Shown here one piece after another: positions 1-13,700 of a stretch of 64,000 bases of DNA. Below the pieces are notes generated by a model that did not search any database, was not told the origin of the DNA, and worked only from the letters and a program-made list of their open reading frames with translations. Within the stretch, counting starts at the first letter, position 1. Every line of letters begins with the position of its first letter. Source of the DNA: Tubiluchus corallicola. Taxonomy: Eukaryota > Animalia > Priapulida. The stretch lies in contig JAQGDQ010000017.1 in assembly GCA_030141605.1 (NCBI GenBank), positions 682,001 through 746,000 of the forward strand, written 5' to 3'. The position numbers were made by a program, and so were the translations under genes.

Positions 1-309
1 TTTACTTTGCTGTGTTCTCTTATAAAGAATAATAGAAGATTAGCAGTCAAACCTGAAATTGTCAATGCTATTTGTCCCTGGTGATCCTACTTATATGTTG
101 TTTTGTGGACCACTATCATTTCATCTTGACTTGAGTAATTGATTTATTCAGATTACCTTTCTTCTAATAACATTTGGAAAATAGACTATTGCTGTATTAT
201 TATAGTTAATTCTATTATTTATATTTATAATATAAAAACAATGTGCTGTCGTCTGTAAATTGGATAAATTTAGGACAGCTTATTGAGTTTTTTGTAAATT
301 CTAAATTTA

Positions 310-1260
310 GGTTCAGAACAGAAACCTGTGCCTTATGCACCAGGTAGACATACCAAGTTCTTGTTGTATGCAGTACTTAAAGAAATACGTCTTAGCCAGT
401 GGAGTTCGCCTTGTTTTCTGTAGTTGGGTAATGTTTCACTGAATGATAATAAAAGAGCACTTTGGAATTACTTGTGTAGTGACAAATGGTGACCAATATT
501 GGTCAAGGGTACAGTTATAGCAAGAGCAACTGTGAAACAATTTCACTTGATGGTGCACACTGCGCACTTTCTTGCACGTTAGTAAAGGAAAGGAAAGATT
601 TGGTTGATATTACAAAAACTTCGCTTTCCGGCTGAAAATCTCAGCTCTACCTATATTACAAGGTACTTCACTTATGGTGATGGTAATTGTGGTCATCCTT
701 GGCATAAATGATTTATTAATTGCTCTTATTGTGTTTTCAACTGAAGGGAATAAGTGCTTTACTTTTCTCTTGTATTTTGGAGCTTACCCTGATCAATGCA
801 TATAAAAAGAAAAGGCATACATTGATAACATTCTCTACTACTCTGTCCATTCTCAATATCGAATTGCCGTTACTTATTTTGCATGGAATTGTTGTCACTA
901 TAATCGTGTATATTCAAAAAATGTATACTTTTTAACAGAATAAGAAAAACATCATTTTTCACAATCCAAGATATTTTGCTAGGGATGTAATATAGCAGCA
1001 TTTCTTCAGATAGATGGAACCAATCTTCCACGAGATACTGCAAAATGTACATTTGGTGGATTTTCATTGTAGTCATGTTAAGCTGGTTATATCTGTATGT
1101 TGGCTGTGTTGACAAATACTCACACTGTAGTTTTCTGACACTCTCATCTTTTTGTGATGCTAAGAGAAATGATGGCCTGTTCGTACAGAAAGGGTTTTTA
1201 CAGAAACCTTGTAAAACACTGACATTGATTCTGAACTTGAAAAGTTGTGGTTGAAATGGT
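310..1260 (+). pseudogene. Degenerate upstream part of the IR/iGluR-like locus (S1/M1/M3-like remnants)
   Basis: Hydrophobic M1-like LPLLILHGIVVTIIVYIQK (~865-920). In-frame TAA near 988. M3-like WWIFIVVML (1054-1080) continues after a +1 shift as AGYICMLAVLT (compare iGluR [21 protein letters not shown]). Confidence 0.45.
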
Positions 1261-1341
1261 TGACAACCTACCTGTCACGATGTTTGAGGATAGTCTTATT
1301 TTAACTTACACACAACAGTAGTCTTTGTGGTAACAGTTATA

Positions 1342-1723
1342 AGCCTTTTCACAGCTCCAGAGATAGATAATGATCGTTAACAGGTCAAAGGTTAAGTGTA
1401 CCAGATAACACATATAAGTACACTTGACAACACCTCGCAGCCCATGCTATTGTAATAGTAACAATTTTAACATTTAGCTAGGCCATACCTACTTAATTTT
1501 TTTCTTGTTCCCAAGCAAGATTCTGCTAGTAACCCTAAATCACTCTACACACAGACTAATGCATAATTTAGTAAAGTCCGCATAAAACAACTGAACTACT
1601 AAACTAATGCTTTGCATTACGCACATGTCATATGACGATTGTAGTTAAGACGCATTGCTGTGGTACACTCAACCTTTGATCTACAGCAATTACACGTGTG
1701 CACAACGAAAGTATAAAAAGGCT
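1342..1723 (+). mobile_element. Family D TA-flanked MITE
   Basis: TA|AGCCTTTTCACAG ... AAAAAGGCT|TA. Homologous to ~8205-8587 and inverted 28309-28692. Confidence 0.7.
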
Positions 1724-2785
1724 TATTGTCTTAACTTGATTGTAATACAGGACATTCAGAAACATGGCACTGAATTTTAATTTGCTGCATGGGTTGTGTC
1801 CAAAGTAAGTCCTTACACAGAGATTTTTAACCAACGATTCTTGACATTTATGTAGAGCTCTCTTGTGCAAGTAAGAGTTGACACTTTACTAAAGAACAAT
1901 GGGAGCAATAATTTATTACCACCTAAGCAGCGGGCTAATTCATACTTTAGATTTTACTCATCTTCATCCAGCATTTCTGTTTTTGCGATCAGTTAGTGCT
2001 TTCTTTGTGTTCAGTGTTAACTGAGTGCATATGCTCTAACTTTATGAATGAACAAAAAGTCGTTTTATGAAAGTCCAGTAGCATCCTTTAAATGCCTGAC
2101 CTACACTATCTTGTAATATGGTAGAAACTAGAAGGCATGCAATGTCTTCTCATTAATGTAATTTGCACATGCCTTTTTGTTATGTTAATCCTTTTTAATC
2201 TTTATAACAAAGATTACCTTTCAATAACAACATTAAATTTTAGTCACTGTTGTATTTTACCAGTGTGGTATTGCTGGTAGTTTATTAATTTGGTAATGTA
2301 ATTTAAATATGTTGGTGAGTATTAGTTTTTGTGTTTGAACTGGTAGACCCGCTTACAAATAAATAGTCGTTAGGTTTTATGGCAAAGTTGATTATGGTGC
2401 ATCAGTGATTATGCATATTTTGCCAAAATGTACTACACTATGTTTTCAACTTGATCAATCATTGATCAATATTTCAGTTATCTGAATTAGTGAAATGAAA
2501 CATTTGTGCGATTCTTTATGATATTATATCAGTTGTCAGCATTGGTGTCAATGCAAGAGACGTTGCTTAATATAATAACGATCTTTTCCACATTATTTGT
2601 AGCCTATTATATATAGTACAAAACACTTGTTTAATTAATGTAGCTGTAACACCCTGTGTCTATTTTTGCAATGGCCGAGTTGCTGATGTTTACAGTATGA
2701 TGAAAAATTAATTACGTTACCCATTCAACATTACCTGTGTGCATCAGTGCCTCTCTCACAGTTTTTAAATGCTCTTAGTTAATAG

Positions 2786-3069
2786 GTCTCATTCGAATAT
2801 GTTTCAAAAGTGGCTATCCTGGTTTGAAGGTCTTTAGTCACGGCTTCTTGAAAATGGCAGAGACTGGACTTCTTCAAGCAGAAATTGAGGATTCCTTAAA
2901 AAGGGACGGTCACCATTGTTTAGAACCACATAATAAGCAGACAGTTGGATCAGAATCATTAAATCTCGCTTGCTTAAGTGTAGTATTTTTACTTCTTCTA
3001 TCTGGTATAGCACTTTCTACTGTTCTGGTGTTGATTGAGTATGTATGCTTTAAACTCAAAAAGCAATAA
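2786..3069 (+). CDS. Terminal exon of an ionotropic glutamate receptor-like (IR/iGluR) gene: end of S2 plus M4 helix; possibly part of a pseudogene
   Basis: Acceptor aatag|GT at 2785/2786. Frame reads GLIRICFKSGYPGLKVFSHGFLKMAETGLLQAEIEDSLKRDGHHCLEPHNKQTVGSESLNLACLSVVFLLLLSGIALSTVLVLIEYVCFKLKKQ*. This fits the IR/iGluR pattern F-K-x-x-P...LKMxETGLL...C...L-x-L-x-x-L-x-x-VF-x-L-L-x-x-G-x-x-L-S...E. Confidence 0.7.
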
Positions 3070-3156
3070 ATAAGTAAATAAATAAGCAGAATTTGTAAAT
3101 ATGTGCTTTAGTGCACCAACCTCTTCTGGGATGGTTGAAGTTTGACATCTGACGCG

Positions 3157-3230
3157 CTGTTGTCAGTAAAATTCTCTGATGCACTGTTGTCAGTAAAATT
3201 CTCTGATGCACTGTTGTCAGTAAAATTCTT
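3157..3230. repeat. 27-bp tandem repeat x~3
   Basis: Repeats of CTGTTGTCAGTAAAATTCTCTGATGCA. Confidence 0.9.
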
Positions 3231-3240
3231 TCTGTTGACA

Positions 3241-3728
3241 TTAAAGGAAGACAGGATGATTTTTCATATACTACCTCATTTTCAAGTCCGATAAAAACAA
3301 CTAACACAATTAATATTGCAAAAATGTTTCTGATTATTAAATAATAGATTAAAACGTAATTAGCTGTGGGAAAGCCCAACTGTTGATGACATCACAAACT
3401 AACATAATTTTCAACAGCAAAAATATTCCACGAGCGTGTTCCACGTGTTTGTGAAAGCGCAAATTGAAGTACAGTGCTACTGTAAGAGATTCAGCGTGTT
3501 GTAATAGAGCTCGGCAAGTTTTAAAATAAAAATTGAAATTTCAAATTTACCGCTGTGCTCAGGCATGAACAGTCGAAGGTGTGCAGTTTGTTACAAACTA
3601 TCACATATGAACTGAGAGGTACAGTACCGGTTTTTGTGCAAAATGCAGGCGCTAGTGCCCATCTAACTAGCGAATGGCAAAATACATTTGGGTCCTACAG
3701 TTTAACATTGGGTCCGGTTTTGCTTTAA
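3241..3728 (+). mobile_element. Non-autonomous DNA transposon family A (TTAA-flanked, Kolobok-like), internally deleted copy
   Basis: Begins TTAAAGGAAGACAGG and ends CCGGTTTTGCTTTAA (imperfect TIR). Homologous to 14396-15019, 41868-42430 and 48536-49010. Confidence 0.75.
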
Positions 3729-5385
3729 AGTTGGACCAAATGATTAGAAAGGTTCTTTATTTCTTTAATGTATTTGTAACAGTAGTTAATCCAGCAAAGA
3801 ATTGTTGTACATATAAATATGGCTGTTTCTGGATGTTTCCCTCCTACTGGTTCAATAAAATACATATGTTGTATATATTACTGTAAAATATACTATACTA
3901 ATGATACTATAAATAATGTACTGTAGAGTTGTACAAAAAATTGTACAGTGTGGCCCAGATGTCTCACTTTTGATGGGACTGAACCTTTCTTTTTGTACAA
4001 GTCCTGCTATCTTCGCCAAAGTGCTCTGGTGTGCTAAAAAAGTCTCGTTTTTAGCAATTACATGGTAAAATATGAGGCAGATATGCAGTAGTTACAATTC
4101 TATATCTTAAAATTATCACTACACACAACTTAAATTTCGGTAAACTTCAGATTGTTGCAAGTCAAACAAAAACCAACGCTGTACGTTATGGAATGTTTGA
4201 CATCACACCTGTAAGTTATGTCAAATTAACAGGTGACATCATACTAATAATATGTCCTTATCTTGCAATTCAAAAAACCTGGCCACCTATTTTATATCTT
4301 ATTGTCAAACTATGTTTATTGTAATTGCCACTATAGAGATATTACCACATTTTCTGTTTAGATGACTAGCTGTTATGCTGATTTAAAGTAAATGCTTTAC
4401 TGGTCTAAATAAATATCCCATTACTCAGCCAAACGCTGATAACATTTTAGTTTTTAAAGCTTAGATTTATTTCTTATGAATTTTAGTAAGAAATAGTTAA
4501 ATAGTTTCTTTTTTGAATATATAAAATTTAGTGCACACTTACGCAATAACATAAGATTGTATTAAAATAGATATTCCACCTATATATGTCAGTATGGCAT
4601 AAAGATATTGATTGTTGCTTACAAGATAATAGTGATAGTTTGCAAAATAAGATTTGTTTTTATTACGTCACATTAAATCACATTAACTATGTACACATTT
4701 TCTGACATAATTATAACAGCATCTGGGTATTGTAACAACAGCTCCCGAGTAAGCGTACCACCATATTTTAAAATAGCATAGTGCATTGGATGACCTCTGT
4801 AATGCTAGTGTTCGTACAGTGGCGGGCATTTTGTGCATATTGATACACATTTTCTTATGTCCAACAACTGAAGAAGAAGGTTACTTACTAATAAATCATA
4901 GATTTGTTTAGAACCCGTGACAACTATGGTACATTATCTGCCATTTGGCATAATCCCTTTCTGCCTTGTAAATGCTTTCATTGGAACTGGCGTGGTAAGC
5001 GTTGCTTCTGTGATAAGAAAAGACAATTCCACTTGTGCGATACAAGGGCCTGTTAATAATAATGGAATGATAATGCCAGTCATAGATGCAGTTGTGTTAT
5101 GATCAGACATTTTCACGTTCAAAAGTGAAGAATAATATATGTTGCTGCAGCCTGTTTCTTAGGCGAGGAATTTTACACTTTGCTTTATTTTGCTATTGAA
5201 ACTGGTACTTCCATTTTGAACCTTGGCAAGGCTGACTTACTCATTCCTTATCACCTACTTATGGTTTAACACAGTAAACTATAATGTATACCATTTCTAC
5301 TTGTGTTGTGGGGTTCAGCATGAAGTATATTAGTCAAGAACAAGAACAGTTACGGGTTGTAACTAAAATTTCTTCAGAAAATTTT

Positions 5386-5838
5386 TAGCCATTGTTTTAA
5401 TACCGTGTAAAATGAAACAAACACATGTAATTTTATTATTGTAATTTTAATATGAAATAATTTACTATGAAAGTTTATGCATAAACTTGATAAAATCCCA
5501 AAAAAAAATTTTTTTCTTAAATTGTCACAGTTCAAGCTTGATTCATTTAGTAAGTACGTGACAACTAACAACAAACTGTGTGAGCGACAGTACTTTCTCT
5601 ACCTTTACTCAGACATGTGCACATGGCCCCATCTGCACAACAGCCAGACACTACATTGCTGGAGCACACTGTGCTGGGCTGTGAAGCAAACAGTACTACC
5701 CTTGCATGTTCTGGTTGCATTCAAAGTATAAGGAATGAAATAAAGAAAAAAGACTTATTATATTGAATATTATTGATAATATTGAGTGGAAATAGAGGAC
5801 GCTACAATTCACAATACCTATGCACGAACCACCTCTGA
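5386..5838 (+). mobile_element. Family C hAT-like MITE (partial)
   Basis: Shared blocks GCCATTGTTTTAATAC, TGTGAGCGACAGTACTTTCTCTACCT and CTCAGACATGTGCACATG; ends CCACCTCTG. Confidence 0.65.
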
Positions 5839-6950
5839 ACAAGATCACAAACACTTTGAGCATTCAGTGCTCTTATCCTCATTTGTGACGTCAATTTGTT
5901 TGTGTAAGTCTTTTAATCTTATAAATGCTTTTCTTGGACATACAGAAAAAAAGCTGTATATAAAACACACAGTTACTGAGTCCCTTTTTAAGTTGTGATT
6001 TTGCCCTCGGGTATAGTGTACATTGCATTGGTTACAATGGTCAAAAGTCGGAACCGATAAAAATACACCAAACGGCAGGTTTAGTGTTTGACGTCCGTTT
6101 ATTTTAAGATAAAACACTTTTCTGACTTGGCTGTCCCAAACATATCACTATGATAATAGATGACTTTTCCAATGAGCCAAGTTTGCCAAACTTAGAAGCA
6201 GTTCAGAAGTCTACCTCACCAGAGACTGAATGTGAGCTAGTCAGAGAGTTTATTGAGTGACGGCCAGTGAGTTACTGAGTGTGTCAGCTTTTGCGTTATA
6301 TTTTTTTAACAACCAATGCTTTACTACATCAGGAAGCTTTTTAACTAGGTGACGTTTCTGGTGATCCGGCTTGTACCAACAGTTACTAGATCCGTGTCCT
6401 AATTGTAAGCTTAGTGTTAACAAGTAACAAGGAAAGGTACTTTTCGAAAAAAATCAGTAACCCTATAACAACCTAATGTTGGATATTTTGCAATATTGAT
6501 TTAATATGTAGTTAGATTTCACTTATTTAGAACAGTACTTACATACTAAAAAGGGCTGCATTGATTATATTTAGAATGCAAATGAATTACTTTAGAGGTA
6601 CCAGATTTTTAAAAAGATGTGATATTGCTCTACGATTTGATAAAGGTGCATGGACAACCCTCAGTTGTTATTGGTTAGTCGCACATGTGACAAATCATGA
6701 AAACAAAAATCGAATTTTTTTCCAGACGTTTTCTTCACATTTTTTGCGAGTTGGTCACTTCTAGATAAGGCAATTGTTGTTTTCACTGAGTATTTGTAAT
6801 GCCAGTCATCTATAAACATGTCAATAGCAATCTCAGGTTTTGAGGCATTAACTCACATTCTACATTACACACCTCAATTCCCAAACAGGTCCGTTGGTGT
6901 ATAGCAAGGTGAGAGCGGCAGTGGGCAATAGCCCTAGGTGAGAGGGCGCA

Positions 6951-7245
6951 AAATTCTTCTAGATTTCACTGACTGTTTATTATTAAGTACTAATCAGACA
7001 TTTAACAAAAGTTTTCAAACTACAACAAAATCGCCTAGTCAGAAATCATCATAGCTGACTTAGTTAATTACTACATACAGCCTAGAAAAAAGGCTTTTGT
7101 TCTTACTAATGTAGTAATGAATTAAGTGACTACAATGATTTCTGACCTTCATTTTTTGCTGTAATTTGGAAACTTTTGTTAAATGTATTGTTTATGTCAG
7201 ATTAGTAATTAATAATTAACAGTCATTGAACTCTAGAAAAATTTG
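6951..7245. repeat. Long imperfect inverted repeat (~290 bp hairpin)
   Basis: Left arm TCTAGATTTCACTGACTGTT...TTAACAAAAGTTT...TCAGAAATCAT...ATTACTACA pairs with right arm TGTAGTAAT...ATGATTTCTGA...AAACTTTTGTTAA...AACAGTCATTGAACTCTAGA, around a ~35-nt loop. Confidence 0.8.
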
Positions 7246-7716
7246 TGGTTTAGCAGATTGATAATTTTGGGAGAAACAGTGGCATTTCTCTAAGTGCCCA
7301 TTGTATTATTGTGAAACCTGTGGTAATGTATCTGTCATAACTTTTGCATGTTTTAATGCTGGAGCTGAATATTTCAGGGCTGTTGTGTTACACACAAGTA
7401 ATGCATAGAGAAGAGTTATTTTGGTGCAATGCTGCAAATTAAACTCAGAGTTATTCTTAGAAAAAATTGTTTACCTTTATCCAATCATGTCGAAAAAGGA
7501 AAGTCGAGCTCGAAAACTTGCTCAATTTGTGGCTTCACCCACGAAACAAATGATCAACGCATTAAAAGGTTAGGGTGCCAGAAGATTTTTTGCCCTCGGG
7601 TGCCACAAGCACTTGCTGTGCCACAGATATTTTTTCTTGTAATTGTAACGTCAGATGTCAAGACATGTCCACGGGCGTTCACATCTCTGATTTTTCATAT
7701 TTATTATTGATACCAG

Positions 7717-10700
7717 ACGTTGGAAGGGGGATGTGAGGGAAAATCAACGATCAACAATGAAATTGCTCAATGCATCAGAAGACTGCAAGCACATATTGTC
7801 ATCTATGGAAACTGCAAAGTGCCATGTTGATTCATTGTATGATGGAATTGATTTTGAGGCAAATATTTCCAGGTATGTTGCGTGCTTTCTAGGTGCGTAC
7901 ATGACTAACTTGGTGGGCTAAAAAGGTACTTGGTACAGGAATTTGAGGTAGCATTTTATCACTTTTTGTATATGGTATCTATATTTATATTGCTTATAAC
8001 TGGACATAGCGACTTTGTGACTTAGATCTTGCCAATACACTCATTTATCATACTAATTTTGTACTGTCAAGTATAGCTGCAATTGTTTGTTTGTATTTTG
8101 CTTTTTTAATGGATGGCTCCATGAGAATGCTTTTTCTCAGTTTAGTTTAGTTTTTATATACCCTTTTAGCACTGTGCTTACCATTTATCCAGTTAAGCTT
8201 GCAATGCACCTTTTAACAGTTCCATCGATTGATGATGATCGTAAAAAGGTCAAAGGTTAAATGTACCAGACAATGCATTTGTGTACACCTAACAGTATCT
8301 TGCAGCCCCTGCTATTTGTAATAGTAACAGTCTTAACAGCTAGCTAGAACCTTATATAGTTCATTTTCCCCAAGCAAGATCCTGCTAGTAAATCACTCTA
8401 CACACAGAATAATGCATAATTAAGTTACAACCATGTAAAACAATTGATGTTACTGCACTGATGATGCAGACGGCTTTGGTTTACCCACATGTCACGTGAT
8501 GGTTGCAGTGAAGACACGTTGCTATGGTATACTTAACCCTTGACCTACAGCAACTTCGCTTGAGCACAACGAAACTGTAAAAAGGCTTACTACGTACTCC
8601 ATTAGTCTTTTGATAAGTTTGACATGGAAGTATTGCAGTATTATGAATGCAATACTGTTGCAAATTATTTAAATAAGGAATACATTTACAAAAATGAAAC
8701 AATGCTGTCAGTAAAAGATTATGGTTTCTTTAAAATTATATTTGATCTTGGGACCTTGGTTAAATTGGTTTGCTAGTTATTGTATGAAACACTATCAGAT
8801 GTTGAACATCAGCAAGTATATAATATATCTGCTCTTTTTTGCAGAGCAAGATTTGAAGGAATGTGCACTGCACTTTTTCAGCAAGTGACAGCGCCTATCT
8901 TGATGGTGCTGCAGAAGTCTGAACTAGCGGCAGAAGACATACGCAAAGTATGGTGTTGAATTCTAGACCTGACAGCTACTCTAATTTATTTATTAATCCG
9001 TTTATGTATAGTTCACGAAATCCAAGATTTAGTTGATAGTGTTTCTGATTTGTTGCTTTTGGTGAAAACATTGTGAAATCAGGTTTTTCAAAATTCAACT
9101 TTGAAAGATGAAAAAACTTCTGTAGTTTTCTCTCTCTCTCTCTCTCCCTCCTTCCTTCTGCATTTCCTCCCACTTTTTTTCGTGTAATTCCTTTTTTATT
9201 CCTTTATTCTTCTTAATACTTTTATCTTGAATTTTTATCGTTTAATATAATTTATGCGCACCAAACTACAAATTTCATCTTCTTTTAAGTTTACTGGATG
9301 AATGTCAAAGTTCACTTTCGTTTTTGTGAATTGTAATCATAAGGAAACTGTCAACTCTGGCTAGGTACTTGCTATGTCACCTGTGTAGGTAATTTTAAAC
9401 ATAGAAAATTAACAACTTGGAATGTCTTTGAGGAAAGAAAGAATCTGGTAGACTAAAGGATATATTGTTACGATTAACTTAGCTAAACTTGCTATGTTCC
9501 GATTATTACTAGTATGGCAAATGCGCAGCACGATCTTCATGTTGTTCAAATTTTTCGCATATTACAATAAGAAAAGAATGATTTTCTAAGCCATCGACCT
9601 TTATGTCACGTGTACTTGTCCAGACAGCATTTTGCAGTTCTGAAAGCAGATAACTGTAAAAAAATTACTGTCTCCCAACAGGTGGTGCTGGTGGGTGGCT
9701 CATCCCGCATTCCAAAGCTCCAGTCTCTCATTAGTGAGATGTTTATAGATTCTGTAATTCTAAACAGTATACCTGGGGACGAGGTTATTGCCATTGGTGC
9801 TGCCACAGAAGCCTCTCTTCTGACAGGCAAGGATTCTGGTGATGTGGAGCATCCAGATACTGAAATTCCCTGCTGCAGCAAATCGATTATCGTGAAGGTA
9901 ATCTCCATTTTTCTGTTTTCTACAGGGTGTTTCAGAAAAAACAGTGCAGTAATTATTCTTATTAAATCACTTAGAAACATTGTTAATCCAAGACTTAAAA
10001 AAATACGTTTCGTATGCTCAGTCTGGTGACCAATTTTTACCTGTTCACGTGATAGAGGAGACCTTGTGCTGACTGCACTAATTTTCAGGTGGGCCTTGTA
10101 GGTGGTACGGGCCCATACATACACACCCCAAAAGCCCTTGTAACACAAATCTTGCGCATGGCAAGCAAGAGGCTATTCAATGTTGCATCCATGTTAGACA
10201 TTGAACATTTACTTTGTCTAGTGTTGTTCTACAGGTCACTTGTGGTCACTTGCTTAGTAGTAGAAAAAAATGAATGACCCACAATGGCATACTGCTCAAA
10301 AAGCTATCCCATCTCTGAATAGCCCAAAACATGTTTATTGAGACCTTGTTTATTTTTCCTAGACTACTTTTCTTACTGTAAGTTTTTATCTATACAGTGT
10401 ACTATTCTTGACATTGCTGTATAAAATTCCAGTATCAGTGGCTACTCAGAGTGGGGAAGTAGATGAGTACGGTGCATTTTGTGAAGCGACTCCCAAAAAG
10501 ACATGCTTGTGTAAATGTACTTATGCTCAAATTAATGTTTTTTATTTTCATTACACTCCAACATTACACAACTTACTCACAATAGTGCAATCTAGATAAT
10601 CACAGTGATTATTATAATAGTACAGTTCATCATTTTTGTTGGGCAATTATGGCCCATTACCATTAGTCACAGAGTGTTCCCCCTCCCGTTCAACTATAAC

Positions 10701-13700
10701 CAAAAATATATTAATATCAGACATATTGAATGTTAAGTCATATAGTAAGGGATTATACTACAATAACTATTGGAAGTGTTCGCCATTAACTTGCAGATAC
10801 AAATGGGAGCAATTTGTTATGAAAATACTCTCAAGTTCATCGAGTTGGATGTTTTGGATAATTTTGGAATAGAGTTGCTATTTTGTCCAAAATGAAGCCA
10901 ACTCCTGCAGTATGACATCATAATGATGTAAAAATAGCTATACAGTAGGCGCCACTTAACAGACTCACTTAGGGATTGACGTGTTTTGACCCAGTTAACC
11001 GAATGAGCCTTTTAACCGACGGGTGTAGTATTACAGGTATAGAAGTATGAGTCATCTCCTTACTATGCACTGCAAAGGTTTTTAATGACTTTTAGAAATG
11101 GAGTAATTCCTTTGTGCAGTTAAAAATTAGAAAAAATATTTTAAAATATTAACTTATATAAGTGAATTAGCAATAGATTAAAAAGTGTACTTTTCTAAAT
11201 CACAGACTTTTCTAAGTCTGTTTATTTGCAAAAATTACAAATATTCCTTCAAAGTCGGTTGCTTCATTTTCTCACGAAAAAGTTGGCCCACAAAGTTCTC
11301 GTAATTATAAAAATGTTGAAAATCTGTTGTTGTGCGTGACTAAAACAGTTCTGAATCATCTGCTCACTTACATTGCTGTATGATGTTTAGTCTTGTAAGT
11401 CACAAGGAATACCGCTTATCAAGTGTTTAAATGTTCAGCTTCCAGAAATTCTTTGGGTAACAGTGGGCATTAGCGCATGGTAAACGTACCTGTTTGCAAA
11501 CAAAACAATACTTAACATGATTGTTTCTGTATACATAGTGCACAAAAGGGAAGTAAAGATGTGATAAAAGTAGAAAAGACTCTTTGGGCACATACAAATA
11601 TCTTATTTTAAGCAGGTGAAGGAGAAATATTGAGTCAATTAAGTGGAGTTATTTGGGTCAATTACCGATAGTTTTTATGTTCATTTGATTATAAGCGGCG
11701 CGTTCCAGGCGTTTTTGAGTCATTTAAGCGATTGAGTCTATTAAGTGGCGCCTACTGTATTTGCATAATTTTGTTTTCTACCGTATAACCTGCAATACAT
11801 GTAATTTATCACATTTCTTCTTGAACATCCCGTACTTTTGTTAATATGATTTATGTTGCCAAATCTAGCCTGCTTGCTGTCCAGATTTCCTGTTCAGTGG
11901 TCAGACATGTCTGTCCAGCTTAAATGCTTATAGGATAACCCAGTTTTGTTATTATGTTTCGTGTTTATAGGCTAAACACGAAAATGGTCTTGTCGTGTCG
12001 AAGACGGTAATCCCGGAACAAACACCTATTCCCGTACGTAGGCAGCAAAAATTTATCCTTGAGCCTGAGGAGACATCCTTACAGTTTGAGATTTTGGAGG
12101 GAGATGAAACGGAAGGCGAAGATTCTTCACAAGTGTTATTAGCCAAGGTAAACATGTTGAACAAATACATAAACAATGAAAACTCAACACAGCATGTTTG
12201 TATTATAAATCTTTCTTTTACACATGTAAGTCTTACACATATATATACATGTGCGTGCGAGCGTGTGTATGCATATCTATATGTGTGTGCATTGTTTCTA
12301 TGTATATGTATATATGTATATGTATATATATATGTATATATATACATATACATACAAACACGCATGCACAATATATACAAACATACACACACACACTATA
12401 TATACATATTACATTCCTGTAATATGATTCATCTTATAATGAAATTCTTGGTAAGTCTTATGATTTTATCATGTCCCTGCCAAGGTTATAATAAAACCTA
12501 TGTAATCACTTATGGTTAATATGAAACTTGTTACTACGAAACCCTATCTTTCACTATGAAGATATCTGTACAGTTGAATCCCGGTAATATGATTTTTGTC
12601 AGACCCAGATATATTTCCGTATTCAGCAAGTTTCGTACTATCCTATATGTACATTTCTATTAACTCCTAATGTTATTTCAAACATAAAATAACAATTATA
12701 TGAAGCCTGTTGCCTGTAGTTTATAATTGTTCATGTTTTACTCAGTGAAAGTAATTTAAGTTTGTTTAACCCACATTTCCCACAAGCACAAATTACAAAC
12801 AATTATATATTGTCAGTCAGCCTAATGCAGTAAAAACAAGCCTGCAAGCAAGATGGTTAGTGGTGCCAGAGAGTCTGCGGTATGTGACTTTTTGCTGCTT
12901 TAGTATTACATGTGTAATTGGATACCTGTAAGCAGTGTGCAATAACAAACACAAGTGATTTAAACTACATAATGGCAAATTACTATCAGAGTAGGAAGTC
13001 GAAGTCTTTCCTGGAATTAATGATTTGGCTGGTGGCATTTAAAATCTAAACAGTTGGCTGAGTAAATCAACAGTAGGCCTAGCAATTATACTATGCATAC
13101 ATGCATTGCACTACGTGGTGTAATGAGTTGTAAAAACGATCAGCTAAGCTATGGTCACCGTTAGCAACAGGTGAAGAGTGTCTAGATGAAACGGGCGACA
13201 GCAGAAATTGCATTACGAGTGGTTTTTTTATGTGGAACTCGTATTAGCAGGACTTTGAGAAATCATCCTACAAATGGGTTTTCGTAGTAATGAGTTTCGT
13301 ATTAACCATAAGTGACTACATAGGTTTTATTATGATCATGGCAGGGACATAATAAAATCATCGTACTACTGAGAGTTTCATTTTAAGCCAAATCGTGTTA
13401 TCAGAATTCGACTGTAATATTATGAAAAATAAATTTTTCATTTTATTTCTGCTGTGTTGAACTATTCTGTTCCTTGAAATAGTAGCACTGAATGTAATCT
13501 ACAATGGTAGAAGCAAGCCTGAGAGGTGCTTGAATAGGATATGTGGCTGCATCCATAACTGCTGGTAACATTTGTCTGGGAATAAGATGCCCTCTGTCTT
13601 GAACAAGAAACACACCTAGACAACATCTCAGCGCAAAAATCTCACAATTATTATCCTTAACATGATAATTCCCGTAATTTTCTGTATAACTTCCGCCTTC

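Noticed and set aside
9606-10148. 180 aa minus-strand ORF
   Set aside because: Antisense shadow of HSPA14 exon 9682-9897, with no recognisable motif.
11952-12519. Long ORFs with YIYIY/HTHT stretches
   Set aside because: An HSPA14 exon reading through into a microsatellite.
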